This document shows positions 1 through 5,280 of a DNA stretch of 5,280 nucleotides, one piece after another. Position 1 is the stretch's first letter; every line of letters starts with the position of its first letter. The position numbers and the translations under genes were made by a program. The notes below the pieces were generated by a model. The model searched no databases, had not been told where the DNA came from, and was given only the letters and a program-made list of their open reading frames with translations. Where the stretch lies: positions 1 through 5,280 of IMG/VR virus record IMGVR_UViG_3300005859_000204. One strand, 5' to 3'.

Positions 1-672
1 TGTTTTCTCGTTTAATGAGTCAAGAGTTATCGGCGTATCACGTATAAAATTTTCATGAATTATACAATTTGGTCCGGCATAACGGAAAAGTCTTGGATGG
101 ACTTTCTTTACTTCATCTAACATTTTCCAAGCTAAAGTTCTAATTTCCCATTGAGATCTTGAGCAAAGTCTAAGTGCAAAAAAGTTATAAAGTTCTCTAG
201 CATTCATAGTAACTACAATGTTTGTATTTACGCCGTTTGGTAAGACGTAACGGGCGTCTTCTTCTGGAACTCCAGATTCCAAAAGTTTGAAATAGTAATT
301 GTAAGCATCTCTGTAAGCTTTGTCAACAATTTCTTTAGCTCTTTTTTCTGCTGGTGGAGGTATAATTGGCTGATAATATTCATCTATCGGTTTTGCAAAA
401 CGATAACTGAGTTGAGTATAAGACGCAATTCTATGTCTGACAAGCTGATGAGATGTAATTCTGGAAATCCCCTCAATTGAGAAAGTATACACGCTGTGTT
501 CTAGCACAGACCAATAACCGTGAATTATAGCATCTCTAATCCAAATCTCAATCTCTTCATCTGTCATTGTAGCCTCATGGTAATCCCAACCTTTTCTAGA
601 CCTACTCATTTTTGATGCAATAGCTATAACTCTTTCGCCGTCTTTTGTATAAGATACAAGTTCAACTTTCAT
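1..672 (-). CDS. thyX: Flavin-dependent thymidylate synthase ThyX (3' end beyond window edge)
   Basis: Hand translation from ATG at 672: [29 protein letters not shown]...[42 protein letters not shown]...[45 protein letters not shown]. It carries the ThyX RHR-x7-S-x-R motif plus [19 protein letters not shown] and QWEIR. The frame is open to base 1. Absent from the ORF track. Confidence 0.96.
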   Translation of the reverse strand, partial: MKVELVSYTKDGERVIAIASKMSRSRKGWDYHEATMTDEEIEIWIRDAIIHGYWSVLEHSVYTFSIEGISRITSHQLVRHRIASYTQLSYRFAKPIDEYYQPIIPPPAEKRAKEIVDKAYRDAYNYYFKLLESGVPEEDARYVLPNGVNTNIVVTMNARELYNFFALRLCSRSQWEIRTLAWKMLDEVKKVHPRLFRYAGPNCIIHENFIRDTPITLDSLNEKT

Positions 673-675
673 TTT

Positions 676-864
676 CTACCACAACTTATCTCCTTTTTCA
701 ACTTTTATTTCTTGAACTCTTTCTTTCTTAAGTTCTTCTTGAAGAAATTTTTGTAAAGCTATTCTTATAACTTCAGATTTTGGCATTTTATGTTTTATGG
801 CATAAGCTTCCAACATCATCATTAGATCATCATCAGCTTTAAATGTAAATTGTCTAAGCACCAT
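676..864 (-). CDS. Ribbon-helix-helix (CopG-like) transcriptional regulator, positional equivalent of SIRV2 ORF59b/gp21
   Basis: RQFTFKAD ribbon, DLMMMLEAYAIKH helix and KSEVIRIALQKFL second helix. GGTGA Shine-Dalgarno at 874-870. Abuts the upstream stop and ends 3 nt before the thyX ATG. Confidence 0.88.
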   Translation of the reverse strand: MVLRQFTFKADDDLMMMLEAYAIKHKMPKSEVIRIALQKFLQEELKKERVQEIKVEKGDKLW

Positions 865-1143
865 TTAGATCACCAAATCTAATTTTTTAGTTGTAATCAT
901 TTTGCCTATTTTTATAGTTACTTCAAATTTGTTTTCTTTTAATGATTTATATATTCGAATTTCAAAATAGAAATGTCTATTTTTTATCTCTAAATATCCG
1001 CTTATCATTATTTTGCCTTTTGAATAGAAAAGTATTTCTGGTTTTTCAGAAAAAACAATTGTTTGATTTAAAATATTTTCTATTTCCTTTTTTCCAATTT
1101 TATTAATTGTATTTTCTATTTCTTGTAAATAACTTGATATCAT
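865..1143 (-). CDS. Small basic alpha/beta hypothetical viral protein (92 aa)
   Basis: ATG ORF with its own upstream TATA+TGTCATA element, tightly coupled to the downstream RHH gene. Predicted N-terminal helices and several C-terminal beta strands. Confidence 0.75.
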   Translation of the reverse strand: MISSYLQEIENTINKIGKKEIENILNQTIVFSEKPEILFYSKGKIMISGYLEIKNRHFYFEIRIYKSLKENKFEVTIKIGKMITTKKLDLVI

Positions 1144-1166
1144 TTTAGGTCAAAAAAATATTGGTT

Positions 1167-1192
1167 TATGACAATTAAAAATATTTTTAATT
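1167..1192 (-). promoter_or_regulatory. Promoter (TATA-like box + TGTCATA box) for the ORF92-RHH-thyX operon
   Basis: Minus strand reads AATTAAAAATATTTTTAAT-TGTCATA, ending 23 nt before the ATG at 1143. Confidence 0.65.
1173..1192. repeat. Perfect 20-bp palindrome AATTAAAAATATTTTTAATT
   Basis: Read directly; equals its own reverse complement. Confidence 0.9.
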
Positions 1193-1217
1193 TTATGTTT
1201 TATCAGCTTAACAATTC

Positions 1218-1239
1218 ATATTCAAAATATTTTGAATAT
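1218..1239. repeat. Perfect 22-bp palindrome ATATTCAAAATATTTTGAATAT
   Basis: Read directly; lies immediately after the Cas4-like stop codon. Confidence 0.9.
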
Positions 1240-1880
1240 TATTTTTTCTCATTTGTTTGGAAATATTCGAAAAGTGAGCCAAAACATCTAGATTTGAATT
1301 CACAATTTTTACATAAATAATTGTTAACTCCAGGAATATTTTTATAGTCTGTCATTTTTAGATATTCTTTAAATTTTTTAATCCAATCTATAGCTTTTTG
1401 TAAATATTGGTCTATTATTTTCTTGTCAATTTGGAATTGTTTAACTTCCTTATTTATTCTATTCAAATATATAATATAGATATTATCAATTTTGAAATTC
1501 TGTTGTTGTAACAGATGATAATAGATAGCAATTTGGTAAAGATGATATTCTTTAATTTGAAAGTAATTAGTTGAGATAGTTTTAATTTCGAGCAAATCAT
1601 TTCCACAAATAAGGTCAGCTCTACCAGAGATTTTTAGACCTTCAATTTCACCTTTGACTTCAACTTCAGCTTGACAGCCTAATTTTTCAACGAAATAATT
1701 CTCAATTCTTTCATGATGAAGTTCGCCAAGATCTAGCACTAGCTCATTTATTCCTTTCTCGAATTCAAATTTCCTAGCAAAATATGACTTTCTAAAACAA
1801 ACTCCGACTTCAGATGGAAATATTGTATCCTCTGGATATTTGACTTTAAAACTTTGCCTAACTAGGTCTTCATAATTCAT
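1239..1880 (-). CDS. cas4: Cas4-like / RecB-family PD-(D/E)xK ssDNA nuclease with Fe-S cysteines (SIRV2 gp19/ORF207-like)
   Basis: N-terminal [10 protein letters not shown] Cys, GELHHE, GRADL, EIK, QIAIY (QxxxY) and C-terminal [17 protein letters not shown] at 1891-1887. Confidence 0.93.
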   Translation of the reverse strand: MNYEDLVRQSFKVKYPEDTIFPSEVGVCFRKSYFARKFEFEKGINELVLDLGELHHERIENYFVEKLGCQAEVEVKGEIEGLKISGRADLICGNDLLEIKTISTNYFQIKEYHLYQIAIYYHLLQQQNFKIDNIYIIYLNRINKEVKQFQIDKKIIDQYLQKAIDWIKKFKEYLKMTDYKNIPGVNNYLCKNCEFKSRCFGSLFEYFQTNEKK

Positions 1881-1882
1881 CT

Positions 1883-3190
1883 TTACTCACCAAGATTTGA
1901 GAACCTCATAAAGTTGTATATTTGATTGCAAATTTCTTCATTTTGTCTCTGTCCGATTTGCAAATCAATATCTAGAGCTTGCATCAATATTTGTATATCA
2001 ATTGCTTGTTCTTGTCTTCTAGATTCCAAATTATCACAAACTACATAATTTGTGATACTGTTTATCTTTTGCTGAATTAGGTCAATTAGAGCTTTTAAAA
2101 TGGAGGGATACAGAACTCTAGCGTTTATGATTTTATCATAAGTCTTTTTAATTGCAAGTTGTATAATATGAATTCTATCTAAAATTGCTGGAGTAAAAAT
2201 TTTGTAATTTAATAAATAATCTTCAATATCAAAAGCTGTTAATTTGTTAAGCGTATATGAATATGGATTTCCGGCGTAGATAATCGGGATGCATTTCTGA
2301 ATAGTTGCAGATTTTGATTCAGTTCCAGCACCTCTAGTCCAGACACAATTTTCTATACCGCTGGACAAAGTAGCGTTAATCGATCCCAGCTCTTTCGCAG
2401 AAGTCCCATCTTTCCAGTTCTGGATTTCGTCGAAAATGAGGCCGTTTGACAAAAACACTGAGCCATACATATTATTTCTGGCATCATAAACTAGATTTGC
2501 ATATGTTGGAGCTTCAGTATAATATCGGAAATTAAAAACTTCTTGCAAAATCATAAAAGTCGTAGTTTTTCCAGTTCCGCGGTTAGAAATTTCAATATAG
2601 TTAATTTGACGTTTTGTAATTGGGGATTTAAAGAGTGGGAATAGACGTGGTAGAAATAGAAATATATCTTCAGTTTCCATTTTTGTAACGTCATATCCGA
2701 AAGCTTGAAGTAGAAGAGCGTAGGTCTGATGTTCTTGATTTGCTAAGTCAAGAAGTTCTTTAGCAATTTCATAGTTATTCGGCGGTTCTATTGAATAAAT
2801 ATCCGCGATATACCAGCCATTAACACCTTTTCTAATTTTGACAAACATGTAAGAAGTCAGCAAGTTATAGAAATCTTCAGGATTATCAGCTATGCAGTGA
2901 GGGTCGAATTCGCCAACAAAACCGTTTTGAAATCTAGCTAAAACTGTATCGTTTTTAACTTTAAAATTAGTAATTTTAGAGATAAATTTAACTTCATTGT
3001 TAAAGAGTAGATAAGATTGAAAGTATTGCTGATCAATCCCGCGTTTGTATGCCTTAAGAATCTCAATTTTCTTTCTTTCTTCAATCTGTTTTTCGCCAAT
3101 TATAATGTTGAGAATCCTCTCATTATCTCTCGGATTGTAAAAAAAAGTGTGAGTTTTGACTTTATCCAAGAACTGAGCTGAACTGCTCAT
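1883..3190 (-). CDS. AAA+ ATPase, MCM/BrxL-like (SIRV2 gp18/ORF436-like ssDNA annealing ATPase / putative helicase)
   Basis: Walker [10 protein letters not shown], Walker B LIFDE, sensor-1 YAGN, Arg finger ILDR. 435 aa, located between the SSB and Cas4-like genes as in rudiviruses. Confidence 0.9.
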   Translation of the reverse strand: MSSSAQFLDKVKTHTFFYNPRDNERILNIIIGEKQIEERKKIEILKAYKRGIDQQYFQSYLLFNNEVKFISKITNFKVKNDTVLARFQNGFVGEFDPHCIADNPEDFYNLLTSYMFVKIRKGVNGWYIADIYSIEPPNNYEIAKELLDLANQEHQTYALLLQAFGYDVTKMETEDIFLFLPRLFPLFKSPITKRQINYIEISNRGTGKTTTFMILQEVFNFRYYTEAPTYANLVYDARNNMYGSVFLSNGLIFDEIQNWKDGTSAKELGSINATLSSGIENCVWTRGAGTESKSATIQKCIPIIYAGNPYSYTLNKLTAFDIEDYLLNYKIFTPAILDRIHIIQLAIKKTYDKIINARVLYPSILKALIDLIQQKINSITNYVVCDNLESRRQEQAIDIQILMQALDIDLQIGQRQNEEICNQIYNFMRFSNLGE

Positions 3191-3206
3191 AAAAAAAATG
3201 ATGACT

Positions 3207-3221
3207 TATGACATTTTAAAA
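3207..3221 (-). promoter_or_regulatory. Putative internal promoter for the ATPase gene (TTTTAAAA + TGTCATA)
   Basis: Minus strand TTTTAAAA-TGTCATA overlaps the SSB stop codon. The TATA end is 23 nt from the ATG at 3190, the spacing expected for a leaderless mRNA. Confidence 0.55.
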
Positions 3222-3629
3222 TTCGTCTTCAACATTCTTCTTTGTCTGTTTTTTCTGTTGTTTTTCCTCTTTTTGACTAGACTTTTGACTTTGTTCTTCT
3301 CCTTCAAGCTCTAATTCTTCAACCTGAGGTGCTGAATTACCGCTTCTAGTAAACTTTACGTATTCATTCAGAAGATCAGCATATTTATCTAGGAAATCTG
3401 CAATCAGTCTCAAATCTTTAGCATCATTTGCAGTTATGCCGATCTGTTTCTTATAGTTATTCTGACTGTGCAGAGTCATTGAATATCTTATCGAATTTCC
3501 ATTCGGCACAGCGTTTAACTGAACCACTAATCTTTGCAGACCTTTAATTTTCAAGATTCTAGATACTGGCTTATTTTGTTCTTTAGCTTGTTTACCGAGG
3601 TCATCTATTATTTCCTTCAGGCTTGCCAT
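3216..3629 (-). CDS. Rudiviral single-stranded DNA-binding protein (SIRV2 gp17/ORF131-like)
   Basis: MASLKEIIDDLGKQAKEQNK start resembles recalled rudiviral ORF131 proteins. First gene of the conserved trio. Low-complexity E/Q/K tail ending VEDEF. GGGGG SD at 3639-3635. Confidence 0.85.
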   Translation of the reverse strand: MASLKEIIDDLGKQAKEQNKPVSRILKIKGLQRLVVQLNAVPNGNSIRYSMTLHSQNNYKKQIGITANDAKDLRLIADFLDKYADLLNEYVKFTRSGNSAPQVEELELEGEEQSQKSSQKEEKQQKKQTKKNVEDEF

Positions 3630-3656
3630 GTTTTCCCCCGAATTGAGAATTTGAAA

Positions 3657-3676
3657 TATGACAAATTTAAATATTC
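3657..3676 (-). promoter_or_regulatory. Promoter of the SSB-ATPase-Cas4 operon (TATTTAAA + TGTCATA)
   Basis: Minus strand GAATATTTAAATT-TGTCATA, ending 27 nt before the ATG at 3629. Confidence 0.7.
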
Positions 3677-3709
3677 ACAAATATATAAGTTAAGACATTT
3701 GAGAATTAA

Positions 3710-3727
3710 GAGATAGAAGAAAAAAAT
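3710..3727 (-). terminator. Oligo-T/pyrimidine-rich archaeal terminator after the RHH-like ORF
   Basis: Minus strand shows a T7 run followed by CTTCTATCTC directly after the stop at 3730. Confidence 0.5.
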
Positions 3728-3729
3728 AT

Positions 3730-4002
3730 TTAAATTAGATTTAAGAAGATTGAGCGGATTATTTTTACCGGCTTGAGATTATATTTTTCTGACAATTTTT
3801 GTAACTTCTCGTAATATAAATCATCTATTGTAAAAAATACACGTTCGTCGTAATTATCCATAATTTCGATTGGCTTAAATTCTTTTTCTCCATTTAAGAT
3901 TTTATCTATCTCTTTCTTAATTTCCTCTCGTTTTTGATAAAAAATATCTTTATATTTCCCCGGTATTCTTAATTCTATATACTTATTTCTTTGCCTTTTC
4001 AT
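3730..4002 (-). CDS. Putative DNA-binding protein with C-terminal RHH, possibly a tandem RHH (90 aa from ATG 4002; the track uses TTG 4020)
   Basis: RVFFTIDDLYYEKLQKLSEKYNLKPVKIIRSIF fits the RHH pattern. N-terminal YIELRIP plus helix may be a second unit. GAGG lies upstream of ATG 4002. Confidence 0.6.
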   Translation of the reverse strand: MKRQRNKYIELRIPGKYKDIFYQKREEIKKEIDKILNGEKEFKPIEIMDNYDERVFFTIDDLYYEKLQKLSEKYNLKPVKIIRSIFLNLI

Positions 4003-4025
4003 AATTTTATTTATCCTCAACCTTC

Positions 4026-4072
4026 ATTTAAACATGTCATATACATTTAAATGTCAGATTTTCATTTTGACA
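4026..4072 (+). promoter_or_regulatory. Divergent promoter region of rep with tandem TTTAAA/TGTCA units
   Basis: TTTAAACA-TGTCATA (box 4035-4041), TTTAAA-TGTCAGA (4052-4058) and inverted TGACA (4068-4072). Confidence 0.6.
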
Positions 4073-4073
4073 C

Positions 4074-4421
4074 ATGGATTGTAAAAAAGTTTTTAGCTAT
4101 CACTTTCTTTACAGTTACACTTATTTTGTAACTATTACCACAAATTATCGTTATAATTCCACGATTCCGATCTATAAAAAATTTAGACAATATGTGTATA
4201 ATCATGACTCATCAGCTCATATTTTTTCAGTTAAGGAATATACAACAAAATTCCACGGTCTTCATTATCATCTTCTAGTTTTCACGAATAAAAGACTTGA
4301 TTATTCCAAAGTTCATGAGAAAATGCCTCCGCATTCTGACATTCGAATTGAATTAGTTCCGAAAACAAAAAAAGATATAAAAAAAGTTTTGACTTATATG
4401 TTAAAAAATCAAATCACTTAG
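4074..4421 (+). CDS. rep: Stand-alone HUH endonuclease, rudiviral replication initiator Rep (SIRV1 ORF119 / SIRV2 gp16-like)
   Basis: RCR motif I FVTITT, motif II GLHYHLLVF and motif III YMLK. 115 aa with no helicase domain. Confidence 0.9.
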   Translation: MDCKKVFSYHFLYSYTYFVTITTNYRYNSTIPIYKKFRQYVYNHDSSAHIFSVKEYTTKFHGLHYHLLVFTNKRLDYSKVHEKMPPHSDIRIELVPKTKKDIKKVLTYMLKNQIT

Positions 4422-4707
4422 TTTGTTGTTGTAAATTTTGATATAACCAAATCTTTTTCTGAGCTAATGAATTTACATCTCCAAGAGTGTCCATGTTGAG
4501 AAGAGCATTAATTCCGAGTGTTGTCGTAGTCTTTATACTTTCAACTGCTGTAATAGTAGCTTTTGTCATTTGATCAACAGCTATTTGAAATGCTTGATTT
4601 GCTTGTTTTTGATTGTAAAGATGTACTATTTCGCCAACTACATAACTAGCTACTAGTACTGACATTAATACTAGAAATCCTTCTAAAAATTCTGTGAAGA
4701 TGTTCAT
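4414..4707 (-). CDS. Virus-associated pyramid protein PVAP (SIRV2 P98 / STIV C92 family), virion egress
   Basis: N-terminal transmembrane helix FLEGFLVLMSVLVASYVVGEIVHLYN, then DQM..T..A.ESIK.TT..GINALLNMDTL.DVNSLA, closely matching the recalled SIRV2 P98 sequence. 97 aa. Confidence 0.92.
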   Translation of the reverse strand: MNIFTEFLEGFLVLMSVLVASYVVGEIVHLYNQKQANQAFQIAVDQMTKATITAVESIKTTTTLGINALLNMDTLGDVNSLAQKKIWLYQNLQQQTK

Positions 4708-4742
4708 TTCAATTTCATATTAAACAAATTGCTTAGTAATAA

Positions 4743-4758
4743 ATTTTTTGCAAAAAAT
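4743..4758. repeat. Perfect 16-bp palindrome ATTTTTTGCAAAAAAT between the divergent PVAP and svtR promoters
   Basis: Read directly. Confidence 0.85.
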
Positions 4759-4780
4759 CGAAATATATAAATATGTCATA
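4752..4780 (+). promoter_or_regulatory. svtR promoter (A-rich BRE, TATATAAA, TGTCATA)
   Basis: AAAAAATCGAAA-TATATAAA-TA-TGTCATA, ending 25 nt before the ATG at 4806. Confidence 0.72.
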
Positions 4781-4805
4781 ATTTGTATTTTTGATATGAT
4801 GAAAA

Positions 4806-4967
4806 ATGGAAGCACAAGTTAAGAAAGAAAAAGTAGTTTTCGGTATAAACATGGACAAAGAGCTGAAGAAGAAATTGAAGGCTTATTGTGTAGAAAATGA
4901 CATAACTTTGACCGAGGCAATTGAAACAGCAATAAAAGAATATCTTCAGAAGAGGGGGGCATTATGA
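4806..4967 (+). CDS. svtR: SvtR-like RHH transcriptional repressor (53 aa)
   Basis: MEAQVKKEKVVFGINMDKELKKKLKAYCVENDITLTEAIETAIKEYLQKRGAL, very similar to recalled SIRV1 SvtR/ORF56b (VFGIxMDKxLK..LKxYC.....LT.AIE.AIKEYLQKR). Too short for the ORF track. Confidence 0.9.
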   Translation: MEAQVKKEKVVFGINMDKELKKKLKAYCVENDITLTEAIETAIKEYLQKRGAL

Positions 4968-5104
4968 GAACTGTGACCATAAAATTTGAAGAAGACCTTC
5001 TTAATGAGCTAGATGAATATGCAGAAACTCACGGACTTTATAGGTCAGATGTTGTAAGATTAGCAGTTAGAGAATTTCTAGCAAATAAGAAAAAAAGTTT
5101 ATAA
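4964..5104 (+). CDS. CopG-like RHH protein (46 aa)
   Basis: MRTVTIKFEEDLLNELDEYAETHGLYRSDVVRLAVREFLANKKKSL, a canonical RHH. ATGA overlap with the svtR stop and a G-rich SD at 4952-4959. Confidence 0.87.
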   Translation: MRTVTIKFEEDLLNELDEYAETHGLYRSDVVRLAVREFLANKKKSL

Positions 5105-5130
5105 CTTTAAGTTATTAATTTTTTTTCTTT
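5090..5130. terminator. Probable bidirectional terminator between the convergent RHH and dUTPase genes
   Basis: T run at 5119-5126 on the + strand, A run at 5090-5096 (T run on the - strand), with inverted repeat ATAACTT-T-AAGTTAT (5101-5115) between them. Confidence 0.5.
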
Positions 5131-5280
5131 CAACTTTTATAATTCTCAACAAATTTTGGTAATGTTACGCCATTTTGTTTCTGATATTTTCCGTGATATG
5201 GTCTCTCGACTGGAGTTATTGTTTTAGCGAAAATTAGATGTAGAAATCTTTGTCCACTTTTCAGTCTTACGGGGAATTCG
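5130..5280 (-). CDS. dut: dUTPase / dCTP deaminase family protein, C-terminal 49 aa (start outside window)
   Basis: ...[49 protein letters not shown]. The G.RFLHLIF and PY.GKYQ.Q.GVT motifs are typical of SIRV dUTPase and archaeal Dcd. Confidence 0.88.
   Translation of the reverse strand, partial: EFPVRLKSGQRFLHLIFAKTITPVERPYHGKYQKQNGVTLPKFVENYKS

Noticed and set aside
1239-1880. CRISPR-Cas locus or mini-array associated with cas4
   Set aside because: No regularly spaced direct repeats and no other cas genes in the window.
1883-3190. BREX defence system
   Set aside because: Only a BrxL-like ATPase core; no pglX, pglZ or brxC, and the context is a viral core operon.
3236-3305. Short tandem-like repeats (GACTTTTGACT, CTGTT)
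   Set aside because: Explained by the Q/K/S/E low-complexity coding tail of SSB.
3534-3716. 60-aa plus-strand ORF from the track
   Set aside because: TTG start, antisense to the SSB gene and its promoter, and no recognisable motif; likely a shadow ORF.
4003-4020. TTG start for the 96-aa ORF
   Set aside because: ATG at 4002 with an upstream GAGG seems more plausible; not proven.
4074-4421. IS200/IS605 TnpA transposase (also HUH)
   Set aside because: No tnpB or subterminal hairpins; motifs and context match rudiviral Rep.
4806-5104. Toxin-antitoxin pair suggested by the overlapping small ORFs
   Set aside because: Both ORFs are RHH proteins; no PIN, RelE or HEPN toxin is adjacent.

Overview
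AT-rich, gene-dense core segment of a Sulfolobales rod-shaped virus genome (Rudiviridae, SIRV-like). All family assignments come from motif reading and recalled homolog sequences, not from database searches. Minus strand, right to left: 3' end of a dUTPase/dCTP-deaminase-family gene (5130..>5280); a virus-associated pyramid egress protein (PVAP, SIRV2 P98/STIV C92-like); an RHH-like protein; the conserved SSB / AAA+ ATPase / Cas4-like nuclease trio (SIRV2 gp17-18-19-like); a 92-aa unknown; an RHH protein; and a ThyX thymidylate synthase running off the left edge. Plus strand: a stand-alone HUH Rep, an SvtR-like RHH repressor and a coupled CopG-like RHH. The ORF track missed ThyX, the dUTPase and these last two RHH genes. 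Notable points: five exact TGTCATA boxes, all intergenic, directly behind TATA-like boxes and oriented with the downstream gene; two perfect 20/22-bp palindromes in one spacer; PVAP wedged between rep and svtR and divergent from svtR; ThyX and dUTPase together; a BrxL-like signature in the ATPase. Most components are known rudivirus genes, so any novelty lies mainly in their arrangement and regulation.
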